A DNA stretch of 64,000 nucleotides, taken from Leucoraja erinacea. Taxonomy: Eukaryota. Where the stretch lies: the NCBI RefSeq assembly GCF_028641065.1, contig NC_073414.1:2232001-2296000 (forward strand), given 5' to 3'. The position numbers and the translations under genes were made by a program. The notes beneath the pieces are model-generated. The model was not told the origin of the DNA. It searched no databases and was given only the letters and a program-made list of their open reading frames with translations. Positions 49,815-61,580 of this stretch are shown here, in pieces. How positions within the stretch are numbered: position 1 is the stretch's first letter; every line of letters begins with the position of its first letter.

Positions 49815-50437
49815 TTAGAAATTAGGTGCAGGAGTAGGCCATTCGGCCCTTCGAGCCTGCACCGCCATTCAATATGATCATGGCTGATCATCCAACTCAG
49901 TATCCCGTACCTGCCTTCTCTCCATACCCTCTCATCCCCTTAGCCACAAGGGCCACATCTAACTCCCTCTTAAATATAGCCAATGAACTGGCCTCGACTA
50001 CCCTCTGCGGCAGAGAGTTCCAGAGATTCACCACTCTCTGTGTGAAAAAAGTTCTTCTCATCTCGGTTTTAAAGGATTTCCCCCTTATCCTTAAGCTGTG
50101 ACCCCTTGTCCTGGACTTCCCAACATCGGGAGCAATCTTCCTGCATCTAGCCTGTCCAACCCCTTAAGAATTTTGTAAGTTTCTATAAGATCCCCTCTCA
50201 ATCTCCTAAATTCTAGAGAGTATAAACCAAGTCTATCCAGTCTTTCTTCATAAGACAGTCCTGACATCTCAGGAATCAGTCTGGTGAACCTTCTCTGCAC
50301 TCCCTCTATGGCAATAATGTCCTTCCTCAGATTCGGAGACCAAAACTCTACGCAATACTCCAGGTGTGGTCTCACCAAGACCCTGTACAACTGCAGTAGA
50401 ACCTCCCTGCTCCTATACTCAAATCCTTTTGCTATGA
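49815..50437 (-). mobile_element. CR1 3' fragment
   Basis: IAKGFEYRSREVLLQLYRVLVRPHLEYC. Confidence 0.9.
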
Positions 50438-50468
50438 ATATCTGTCTCCCTCTCCCCTGACTCTCAGT

Positions 50469-50496
50469 CTGAAGAAGGGTCTCGACCCGAAACGTC
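50469..50496 (+). ncRNA. Minimal hammerhead ribozyme motif (Penelope type)
   Basis: gt-CTGAAGA-a-GGGTC-tc-GACCC-GAAAC-GTC-ac. Confidence 0.6.
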
Positions 50497-50629
50497 ACCC
50501 TTTCCTTCTATCTAGAGATGCTGCCTGTCCCGCTGAGTACCGAGAGCATTTTGTGTCTATCTTCGGTTTAAACCAGCACCTGCAGTTTCTTCTGACACAT
50601 TGATCTTTCACTGCTCTCCCAAGCCTCAC

Positions 50630-50846
50630 CTCATCCAGGGCCTGGTGGTATTCCTGGTTCCGCTTGCTTGCCGCTCTCTGGCTTTTTGTTTTCTCCTTCA
50701 TCAGCTCCTGCTCCAAGCCTTGGATGACCTTCTTCAGGATTTTGATGTCTTTGGCAACATTGGCTGTGTTGGAAAGCTTCACCTGCTCCTGGAGCTGCAG
50801 AATCATTACCTCCAGCTCCTGTTTCTCCTGCAGTAGCTTGTCAAAC
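50630..50846 (-). CDS. CCDC61: CCDC61 coding exon 5
   Basis: FDKLLQEKQELE...LEQELMKEK...ALDE coiled coil; phases 2/0. Confidence 0.92.
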
Positions 50847-51047
50847 CTGAGGAGCAGAGAGAGTAGGCACTGCAATTAACTCCACCCTCATTAGATCTTC
50901 AATATCTCAACCATCAAAGGCAGTGTGAAGGTGAAATACAATCATCCTTAGAAGTGCTGCTGGAAAGCCCGAGACCCATGAAAGTGCAAAATACTTTACA
51001 TCCCCCTAAAAATATTAATGGAGGAGCGTTGATTATCAGAGATAATT

Positions 51048-51315
51048 GAGGAGCAGCGCCTCATATTTCGCTTGGGTAGTTTACACCCCAGCGGTATGAA
51101 CATTGACTTCTCCAATTTCAGGTAGTCCCTGCTTTCTCCCTCCTTCCCCTCCCCTTCCCAGTTCTCCCACAAGCCTACTGTCTCCGCCTCTTCCTTTCTT
51201 CTTCCCGCTCCCCCCCCCACCCTCACATCAGTCTGAAGAAGGGTCTTGACCCGAAACGTCACCTATTTCCTTCGCTCCATAGATGCTGCCTCACCCGCTG
51301 AGTTTCTCCAGCACC
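51048..51315 (+). mobile_element. Penelope-like element 3' end (GIY-YIG C-terminus, 3' UTR, hammerhead core 51233-51260)
   Basis: EEQRLIFRLGSLHPSGMNIDFSNFR*, then CTGAAGAAGGGTCTTGACCCGAAACGTC; similar coding scrap at 47710-47815. Confidence 0.8.
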
Positions 51316-51886
51316 TACCCATAAAAATATTGATTGGTACAGGTGTCGGGGGTTATGGGGAGAAGGCAGGATGAGATAGATCAGCCATGATTAAATGACA
51401 GAGAGGACATGATGGGCCGAATGGCCCAATTCTGCTCCTATCACTTCTGACCTTATTCAGCCCTGCATCATCTGTGCTTGTACACAAGTAAACATGATAC
51501 TTCTTGTGAGTGAAAATGCTAACCAAGACTAGGATGAGGAGACAAATCTGACTGTGGCAACTACCTATGGCCAGGGTCATCCTCAAAGTCAATCGAGTTT
51601 GAGTTGAGTTCACTGTCACCCCCCCCGACACCCTCGCATATCAAGAATCTGTCAATCTCTGCCTTGAAAACATCTATTGACCTGGCCTCCACAGCTGTCT
51701 GTGGCAAGGAATTGGATGCATTACCCTCCGAATAAAGAAATTCCTTCTTATCTCCTTTCCCGAAAGGTGTCACATACACATTTACACTTGTTGTCAAAAA
51801 TAATCTTCTCGGGAAGGCAGCGTAAAGAGAACACATCTGAAACAAAAAGGGTCAGAGGGGTTGGAGTAAAGGTGGTCAACACTTAC

Positions 51887-52039
51887 TCTGCCCTCAGCCT
51901 GCGGAGCTCTGTGTCACGATAATCCATGCCCTGCTTCGACCTCATCGCCGCCAGCTCCTCTTTCAGCCCCCGGATTACTTTCTGGAGAGCCACTGGATCA
52001 GGCTTCCCAGCGTAGGGGAGTGGCAGAGGGTAATGAATC
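51887..52039 (-). CDS. CCDC61: CCDC61 coding exon 4
   Basis: IHYPLPLPYAGKPDPVALQKVIRGLKEEL; phases 2/2. Confidence 0.95.
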
Positions 52040-52957
52040 CTGCAGACGTCACAGACAGACAATCAACTGCTATTTCAACGTTTTTCTCACCTTGTACCTT
52101 GTGGTCATCACTTCCAAGAGTCCACCAGAGTCCATACTGGAAGTTGGACAACTTTATACTGGACAATTTTTACATTTTATCAAGCCAATTAACCTACAAA
52201 CCTGTACGTCTTTGGAGTGTGGGAGGAAACCGAAGATCTCGGAGAAAATCAAAGCAGGTCACGAGAAGAACATACAAACTCCGTACAGACAGCACCAGTG
52301 GTCGGAATCGAACCTGGGTCCCCGGCGCTGCATTTTGCTGTAAGGCAGCAACTCTACCGCTGCGCCACCGTGACCGCTCCTCCTCCCCCCTCACCCCGAC
52401 CAAGAGACAGCAGGGAAACAGGCCCTTCATCACAGACCAGTTCAGCTTAGTTTATTGTCACGTGTACCGAGGTACAGTGAAAACTTTACAAATCACCCAT
52501 TCACACCAGCTCTATGTCATCGAGCCGAATTGGACGGGCCACGTCGCCCGATCACCTTTTAATTTATAAATAACTATAAAGTACAAAAGTGTAAAATCAA
52601 ATTAAAAGGATGAAGCTATTCTGTATTATTCCCTTAATTATTTACCAATAAGATCGTATTCATCTCAACATAAGCACCAATAGCATCTGCAGTTCCTTCC
52701 TACCCATAATAAATGGTAGGGCAAGAAGGGTCTTGGCCCAAAACGTCACCCATTCCTTCTCTCCAGAGATGCTGCCTGTCCTGCTGAGTTACTCCAGCTT
52801 TCTGTGTCTATCTTCAGTTTAAACCAGCATCTGCAGTTCATTCCAACACAATTTATTGTAACTGGTAGGTTTAAGTTGACTGAAGGTGTAAGCTTTGTCA
52901 AGCCTGATGCAAACTTGTGGAACGGCCATAAATACCTCGGAGGGTCTTGCAACGTAC

Positions 52958-53118
52958 CTGTCAAACTCCACCGAGTAGATGAGGATGAGATAGCGTTTAG
53001 CGTTGAGGGCCCCGGACTTCGGTGGCGGCACTTGTCTCATTCCAACGCCAGTTTTACGGTTTCTCAGCAGCTCCAGGTCAGAATAGGTCAGCAAGTCAAG
53101 GGTCACCGATTCACTGTT
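52958..53118 (-). CDS. CCDC61: CCDC61 coding exon 3
   Basis: SESVTLDLLTYSDLELLRNRK...KRYLILIYSVEFDR. Confidence 0.96.
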
Positions 53119-54962
53119 CTGTAAAAAAAATAAAATAAAGGACATAGTCAAAAAAATGATGCAGTCCGAATACTAATGCTGGCCCACACTGGTAATGAGA
53201 GTTCAAGTTCCACCAGTTTCTTTAAGGGCAGCACAATGGCGTCACGAGTAGAGGCATTGCCCCAGAGTATCAGAGACTAGGGTTCAATCCTGACCTCTGC
53301 TGCCGTCTATGTGGAGTTTGCACGTTCTTCCAGTGACTGTGTGGGTTTTCCCCTGATTAAGTTTAGAGATACAGCACGGAAACAGGCCCTTCAGCACACC
53401 GTGTCTGTGCCGGCCAGCGATCCCCACACGCCAACACTATCTCCTACACATACGAGGGACAATTTTACATTTATACCAAGCCAATTAACCTACAAACATG
53501 TACGTCTTCGGAGTTTGGGAGGAATGCGGGAGTGTATGTGTTGATTTATTTTTAAACTTAATTAACTATCTTGGGTTTGTTTTTATGTTGCCTAACGAGT
53601 ACCCATTATGCTGCTGCAATTAAGAATGTCATTGTTCGTTCCGGTATATGCGACAATTAAACATTTTTAAATCTTACAACCATAATCCGATCAAGCAAAT
53701 TCAGTACGGTTTCGTGGAGAATAAATCACGCCTGACTGATTTATACAAGATATTTTTGTAGACATCCTGACCAAAGAGGAAAGAGGGGAATCAGCAATTA
53801 GGGATGTATGGTGTTTGATCTTCCAGAATGCATTCAACATATTATTTCTCACAAGTTTAAGTCACAAGATAACACCCCAGGGTGTTAGAGGTAAAATTCT
53901 GGCTAACAACCAGGAATCAGCAATTAGGGATAAGGGTGTCATTTTCAGATTGGCAATCTGTGACCCAAGCGACATGGCAATAATCACTGCTGAAACCATA
54001 GCTGTTACAATATAAACCAATGACTTGGAGGAAGGAAGTGAAAGCATAGTAGCCAAATTTGCAAATGACACAAAAACAAATGGGAAGTAAAGTTGCAAGT
54101 AGAATATAGTTTACAGATTGTATAGTTAAGTTAGGCAAGTGGGCAAAAGGTTAGCACATGGAGTTTATTGTGGAAACGGGCAAAGTTCATTTCGGGAGGA
54201 AGGAACAAAGGAACAGAATAACATTACAGAGGCTAGCAAATATGTTGTGATAAAAACTGATGTGATTAGTGAAGCAAATGCAATCATTCCACAGGCCGAC
54301 TAGTCAGCTGTTCAAAGCTCTTCCATTCAAATTCTGTGTGTTTGGTATGTGGACAAATACTCTCTTGAACTTCTATAACTTTAATTTAGTTTATAGATAC
54401 AGTGCAAAAACAGGCCCATACCGACCAGCAATCTCTGCACAAAAGCACTATCCTACACTTTCTAGAGACATTTTTTTGCATTTATATCAAGCTAATTAAC
54501 CTACAAACCTGTATGTATTTGGAGCGCAAGAGGAGACCGAATGTCTCGGTGAGAACCCATGCGGTCAGGGGAAGAATGTACAAACTCCGTACAGACAGCG
54601 CCCGTAGTCGGGATCGAACCCGGGTTTTTGGAACCCGGTGTATTAAAGGAAGCATATTGACTGGTTGTATCGCAGCCTGGTATGGCATCTCGAACACCCA
54701 GGAACACAGAAGAGAGAGTCACAGCGTGGAAACGGGCCTTTCGGCCCAACTTCCCACTCCGGCCAATATGTCCCAAACAACATACATGGGACAAGCTGGT
54801 AATGGAAGTGATGGAGGAAGATACTATTATTTAAATGGACAGGTACATGGATAGGAATGGTTTAGAGGAATACGAGTCAGATGCAGGCAAGTGTGGGACC
54901 AGCACATTTGGTAGGCATGGATATGTTGGGCCAACAGGCCTGTTTCTGTGCCTTTGCCTTAA

Positions 54963-55088
54963 GGGCGACAGATAGCACAATGGGCTAAGAGTTCGGCTGG
55001 CGACCGGAAGGTAGCCGGTTCAAATCCCGCTTGGAGTGCATACTGTCGTTGTGTCCTTGGGCAAGACACTTCACCCACCTTTGCCTGT
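54963..55088 (+). mobile_element. 5' part of the AFC/CORE-like SINE
   Basis: Near identical to 24557-24675. Confidence 0.75.
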
Positions 55089-55468
55089 AATGGAATGGCG
55101 GCAGGCGCGGGCACACCGCGACGCCCTGTGTCTCCCTTTCAAGGGAGATGCTAAAAATGCATTTCGTTGTCTCTGTACTGTACACTGACAATGACAATAA
55201 ATTGAATCATTTCATTTCATCATTTCATTTCATTTTTTTTAATGACTCGCTTAATCAATGGATATTTTTAAGGCAGAGATAGACAGATTCTTGACTAGTA
55301 AGGGGTTATGGGGAGAAGGCAGGAGAATGGAGTTTGGAGGGAGAGATAGATCACCTGTGATTGAATGGCGGAGTAGACATTATGGGCCGAATGGACTAAT
55401 TCTGCTCCTATCACTTATGACTCACTTCCTTCAGTGCTACTATCAGATGAAACTAATATTAAATGTAC

Positions 55469-55551
55469 CTTTGTGATGGCTGATTCCAACATGTTGCAGA
55501 AAATGGAGAACTGTTTGAAGTTTCCAGTTTTGTGAGTGACATCCTCAATAT
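55469..55551 (-). CDS. CCDC61: CCDC61 coding exon 2
   Basis: IEDVTHKTGNFKQFSIFCNMLESAITK. Confidence 0.96.
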
Positions 55552-56327
55552 CTGCAGCATAAAAATAAAATCCGTCAGGTAGCTGTGAACATCTCACACA
55601 AAAGGTTTAGCCTCCTACCTTTTTCCAAATAATAATTAATAATTATTACTGTTAAATGCTTCAGATTTGGAATGGGAAACAGATTTAATAGTTCCCCAAG
55701 ATATTATAAGACACACAGAGTGCTGGAGTAACTCAGCGGGTCAGGCAGCATCGCTGGAGAAAATGGATAGGTGATGTTTTTGGATCAGAGTCCGAATCCG
55801 GAGTTGCTGCCTGATCCGCTGAGTTACTCCGGTACTTTGCGTCCTTTTGTGTAAACCAACATCTGCAGTTCCTTGTTTCCATACAGGCACCTTGCTTTTA
55901 AAGGGTGTTTGATTTTCTAATTTTCAGAATGACGTGTTTGTCTAATTAGACCCAAAGTTTAACTTACACACTATATTCAGAATAAGCCGCACAGATTTAT
56001 GACTGGTAAACTTACACATTGGCATTCAAAGTCACCTTGTAAGTTCAGTTTTGCTTAACAGAAAGATAACTCAAATGAGTGCCTGCAGCAATTAGGTTAC
56101 ATGTTTAAATGTATCTACCTTTGGTATATATTTTGGCAATTAGTTTAATTTAGTGTGGAGATACAGCGGGGAATCAGGTCCTGCAGCCCACCGGGTCCGC
56201 GCCGACTAGCGATCCCCAGACACTAGCTCTATCCTACACGTTAGGAACAATTTACAATTTTTACCAAAGCAGGAGAAAGGAATGGACACATTCTAATTGC
56301 ATGGGGAAAGTGTAGCATTGTACTCAC

Positions 56328-56472
56328 AAGCAGCTTCAAATTCTCCTCTCCACTGCTCAGATGTCAGTCGGTCCTCGACTTGCACTTCCAACACATCCCC
56401 AGTTACCATCATGGTGATAATATAGTCAATCCCTCGGAACACATAGTTTGCTTGTATTAGACCTCCTTCCAT
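56328..56472 (-). CDS. CCDC61: CCDC61 (VFL3, SAS-6-like head) first coding exon
   Basis: MEGGLIQANYVFRGIDY...LEVQVEDRLTSEQWRGEFEAA; ACCATGG; GTGAG donor, phase 1. Confidence 0.95.
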
Positions 56473-58139
56473 GGTGCAGGATATTAATGTGCAGGACTGT
56501 ATTGCAGGACAAGTTGGCAAGACTCAGTGCGTCTTGAAGGTGGCAACATGCAATTATAATTCTAAGGAAAAGAAAAACAGTAAAAATGATTAGAAACAGC
56601 ATTAAAATGTTCAATTTCACTAATATTCTGGAAAGGATTTCAAATTGAACAAGGATATCGACTCGAAACGTGGGATGGGAGATTGCAACCTTCACGTGGT
56701 CCGCCCTGTTTCGACGAATGCAATCAACCCGGCGTGCACAATCAAATAGAACAAGTTGTCCCACAACTTTAGGCTGTGCACACCATACGCAAGAAGAAGA
56801 AGACCCGAAACATCACCTATTCATTTTCCCCAGAGATGCTGTCTGGCCCACTGAATTACTCCAGCATTTTGTGTTTATCTTCGGTGTAAACCAGCATATG
56901 CAGTTCCTTCCTACCCAACTAAATTAATTATGCCCTAACTCTTCCACAGTTGATATTGATTTACATAGACTGGAATGAAAAACTTGTTTCAGGTCAGCAC
57001 AGTGGTGCAGCGGGTAGAGCTGCTGCTTCATAGCACCAGAGACCCAGTTTTGATCCTGACCTCGGATGCTGTCTGTGGAGTTTGAACGTTCTTCCTGTGA
57101 CCTGGTTTCCTCCCTCATCCCAAAGACGTGCGGGTTTTTAGGTTAATTAGCCTCTGTAAATTGCTCCCTGGTGTGCAAGTAGTGGATTGGCCGAATGGCC
57201 TAATTCTACTCTCTACGTTAGACTTGAGATGTGCAGCGTGTAAACAGGCCCTTCGGCCCAACAGGTCCGCACCTACCAGCGATCACCCATTCATTTGTTT
57301 ATTCTACACACCAGGGACAAGTTACAGAAACCAATTAACCTACAAACCAGCACATCTTTGGAATGTGGGAGGAAACCGGAGCAAACCTAAGTGGCCACAG
57401 GGAGAACGTACAAACTCCGTACAGACAACACCCGTAGTCAGGATTGAACCCGTGTCTCTGGCGCTGTAAAGCAGCAACTCTACTGCTGCACCACTGGTCT
57501 GCATGGTTGGACTTGATTGGACAACATGCAAAACAAAGCTTTTTACTGTACCTCAGTAGAGGTGACAATAAGAAACTAAACGTAAACTAGAAGGATCCCG
57601 ACCCCAAATGTCACCTATTACTTTTTCTCCAGAGATGCTGCCTGACACACTCACTTACTCCAGCATTTTAGTGCAAACCAGCAAAGCAGTTCCTTCCCAC
57701 ACATCTCCAAAGGCAACTTAGGCTAAAAAGAGACACAAAAGGCTGGAGTAACTCAGGGGGTCAGACAATATCTCTAGAGAAAAGGAATGATAACATAATA
57801 GAAACATAGAAAATAGATGCAGAAGTAGGCCATTCAGCCCTTCGAGCCTGCACCGCCATTCAATATGATCATGGCTGATCATCCAACTCAGTATCCTGTA
57901 CCTGCCTTCTCTCCATACCCCCTGATCCCTTTAGCCACAAGGGCCACATCTAACTCCCTCTTAAATATAGCCAATGAACTGTGGCCTCAACTACCTTCTG
58001 TGGCAGAGAATTCCAGAGATTCGTCACTCTCTGTGTGAAAAATGTTATAATAATAATAATAATAATAACGTAATAATAACAATAAACATAAAATTATAAT
58101 GGGACTTCTTATAATGCGCCCCCTTTAACTTGAACCTTA

Positions 58140-59070
58140 ACCACTCACATTTCTTCATCTCCCTCTTCTTTCTCCTCCTGTTTCCTCTTCTGCCTTCACT
58201 TGTTCCTCTATTTTTTCTCCTTCTGCTTCTCCTCTGCTTCTTCCACCTCTTGTTCTCCTCCTTCTTCTTCTCCTCCTGTTTCCTCTTCTTCTGCCTTCTC
58301 CTTCTCTCCTCCTTTTGCTTCTTATCCTTTGCTTCTGCTTGTCCTTCTTCTCTGCCTCCCCCCTCTTGTTGTTGTTCTTCTTCTATACTTCTGCTTCTTC
58401 CACTTCTTCTCCTCCTCCTCTAGTTTTCCTTCTTCTTCTTCTCCTCCTTCCTCCTCTTTCTTCTTCCACCTCTCCTCCTTCCTCTTCTCCTTCTCCTCTT
58501 GTTCTTCTTCTATACTTCTGCTTCTTCCACCTCCTCCTCTATTTTCCTTCTTCTTCGTGTCCTCCCCTTTCTTCTTTCTTCTTCTTCCTCTCCTCCTTTT
58601 TCTTCTTTCTCCTCCTCTCTATCTCTCGTTCTTTCTTTTCTTCTCTCCTTCTCCTCCTCTTGCTTTTTCTCCTCCACTTCCCTTCTTCTTCTCCTCCTCC
58701 CTCTTCGTCCTCCCTCTCTCTCTTTCTTCTTTCTTTCTTCTTTCCTCCTTCTCTCCTCCTTCTCCTCTCTTTCTCTCCTTCTCTCCTCCTCCTTCTTTCC
58801 TCCTCTTCTTCCCCTCCTCCTTCTCTCCTCCTTCTCTCCTTCTTCTCTCCTTCTTCTCTCCTTCTTCTCTCCTTCTCTCCTTCTTCTCTTCTTCTCTCCT
58901 CCTCTCCTCCCCTCTTTCTTCTCTTCTAGCCTCCTTCTCTCCTTCTTCTCTCCTTCTCTCCTCCTCTTCTTCCCCTCCTTCTTCCCCTCCTTCTTCTCCT
59001 TCTCTCCTTCTTCTCTTCTTCTTTCCTTCTCCTCCTTCTCTCCTTCTCCTCCTTCTCTCCTTCTCCCCCA
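58140..59070. repeat. Polypyrimidine/polypurine (CTT/CCT) tract
   Basis: About 930 bp of mostly C/T. Confidence 0.92.
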
Positions 59071-59110
59071 CAACTAGTGGCCGCCCAGCACCAGCTCTGC
59101 CGCCTCCGAG

Positions 59111-59245
59111 CCCGCGCTCGGTCTCTGGGCTCCCCGCGCTCGGTCTCTGGGCGCCCCGCGCTCGGTCTCTGGGCTCCCCGCGCTCGGTCTCTGGGCTCCC
59201 CGCGCTCGGTCTCTGGGCTCCCCGCGCTCAGTCTCTAGACTCCCC
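59111..59245. repeat. 22-bp GC-rich VNTR, ~6 copies, in the probable CCDC61 5' region
   Basis: CCGCGCTCGGTCTCTGGGCTCC repeated. Confidence 0.9.
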
Positions 59246-59707
59246 CACACCGTCTCCAGGCGCCCGTGCCCCTCCCCTCCCAGCCACGCGCACCCCAACT
59301 TAGCAACGCCCTCGTCCCGCCCACCTCCTCTCGCTATTGGTCCATATCCGCCGTGCCTCGCTATTATAGGCTAACCGCCACGCTAATCAAGCAGCAAGTT
59401 TGGTTGACGCGCAGCCAGCAGCGGAACATACCATTGCTGCACAAATAATAGGGAGCATAGATGTCATTAAAACAGAATATAATTCAAAGCTTCCTATAGA
59501 TAAATTAATAATCAAATAGACGATTGAGATTGATAATAGAGGTTGATTGTGTATTAATTAAGCTAACGTTGCCCTGTTAGTTTTATTCATAACTAGTAAA
59601 TATAAAATATTTCTCCCCCACTTCTGGATGCAGGTGTTGTGGAGGGAAGGTGGCCGTTGCGATGTCGTCATATTTCCGCGTCGCGGGCCTGGGCGTCGAG
59701 GCGCTTG

Positions 59708-59722
59708 GTTGCCCTTGGCAAC
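59708..59722. promoter_or_regulatory. RFX X-box
   Basis: GTTGCC-CTT-GGCAAC palindrome in a CpG-rich patch. Confidence 0.7.
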
Positions 59723-59728
59723 GGGGAG

Positions 59729-59744
59729 ATGCCGCCAGGTGAAG
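59729..59744 (+). CDS. Candidate first coding exon of an unidentified divergent gene (MPPGE)
   Basis: ATG 7 nt after the X-box, followed by a strong AAG|GTGAGC donor. Confidence 0.3.
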
Positions 59745-60339
59745 GTGAGCAGTTCGACTGAAGACATGTTGGGCTTGTACCCCCTCTGCTCAACAATGCT
59801 CCTCAATTAAATACCATACAACAGGGTGGAGCCCACAATGGTCCATTGTTTATTGTTTTAGGTTCAGAACAATTGAATGAAACATATGCAAAAAAGTAAC
59901 CATGATCAAAGAAAGGTGGAGCCCACAATGGTCCATTGTTGGCTATGTGGTAGGTGATAACAAGTAGAAGCTGAATGGTATTTCCTTGGGAAGCATTGTT
60001 GAGCAGAGGGAATCTAGGAGAACAAGTACATTGTCCCCTGAAAGTGGTTTTACATGCAGATCGAGTGGTGAGAATGGTTCTTGGTTCTTGGTTTCTTGGT
60101 CCTCCAAAATATTCCAAATGGAAATTAAACTGGAGAATGGGTTTTAAGAACATCCAATATCCAACACTTACCACAGTGAGAGCTAAAAACAATCATCTCA
60201 TGAGAGGGATTATGGAATTTCCTCAAATTTGAATCTCTTCCAAAATTTATCGTCATCACCTGAATGCCTCTCTGCCTAAAAATGTTCTAGTCTTACTTGG
60301 ACTTTGTTCTTTTCATGGCTAACTCAAATGGAAACAAAG

Positions 60340-60780
60340 GTAAACACAAAATGCTAGAGTAACTCAGTGGGACAGGCAGCATCTCTGGAGAGAATGAATA
60401 CACGATGTTTCGGGTCGAGACCCTTCTTCAGACTGATGTCAGGGGAGTGGGCAGGACAAGGATGGAATGTAGTCGGAGACAGTAAGACTGGTGGGAGAAC
60501 TGGGAAGGGGTGGGGATGGAGAGAGAGGGAAAGCAAGGGCTCTTTGAAGTTAACAAAGTCAATGTTCACACCGCTGGGGTGCAAGCTGCCCAAGCAAAAT
60601 ATGAGCTGCCGTTCCTCCAATTTGCGCTGGGCCTCACTCTGACCATGGAGGAAGCTCAGGACGGAAAGGTCAGATTGGGAATGGGAGAAGGAGTTAAGAT
60701 GCAGAGCAACTGGGAGATCAGCGGTTAAGGCGGACTGAGCGGAGGTGATCAGCGAAACGACCAAGTCTGTGCTTGGTCGA
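60340..60780 (-). mobile_element. Penelope-like element 3' end with hammerhead core (60404-60431)
   Basis: LPVALHLNSFSHSQSDLSV...RKLEERQLIFCLGSLHPSGVNIDF, GIY-YIG C-terminus. Confidence 0.82.
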
Positions 60781-61179
60781 GTCAAATGGAAACAAGGTCC
60801 ATATTCAGTTTTTAACTCTTGGGAAATTCTTTCTATAGAATCTTTGGAATTCTCTACCCAGTAGATTGCTGAGGCTTGGCCATCAACTACATCCAATATT
60901 GGGATTGATACGTTTGTAGATATTGAAGAAGTCGAGGGCTATGGGGATAGAGCAGAAAGATGGCTTCATGCTAGATTAGCCATTATCTTATTGAATATTG
61001 CCGGAGTCTAAAGAGTCTGAATGGTTGGCTCAAGGTGCTGAAGGGCCTGCTGCTGGTTCTATTATGTTATTGTCCAACAACTCTGATTGGCGGGTAGAAA
61101 TTAAAAAAAATCCGAAACAAAACCAGAAAATCTCAGCATTTCGGTAGCAACAGGTCTGCCTAATGTTTTCTGTTTGTGA

Positions 61180-61580
61180 CATAGAAACATAGAACATAGG
61201 TGCAGGAGTAGGCCATTGTGCTCTTCGAGCCAGCTCCGCCATTCAATACGGCTGACCATCCTAAATCAGTACCCCATTTCCGCATTCTCCCCATATCCCT
61301 TGATTCCGTTAGCCCTAAGAGCTATATCTAACTTTCTTTAGAATACATCCAGTGAATTGGCCTCCACTGACTTCTGTGGCAGAGAAATCCACAGATTCAT
61401 AATTCTCTGGGTGAAAAGGATTTTCCTCATCTCAGTCCTAAATGACCTACCCCTTATTCTTAAACTGTGACCCCTAGTTCTGGACTCCCCTAACATCGGC
61501 AACATTTTTCCTGCATCTAGCCTGTCCAATCCCAAAATAATTTTAGAATTGTACAAGAATTTTATATGTTTCTATAGGAT
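61180..61580 (-). mobile_element. CR1 3' fragment (another at 57800-58045)
   Basis: GLDRLDAGKMLPMLGESRTRGHSLRI. Confidence 0.87.

Noticed and set aside
59824-59940. Two copies of GGTGGAGCCCACAATGGTCCATTGTT
   Set aside because: Short local duplication, probably from a decayed repeat; no further structure seen.
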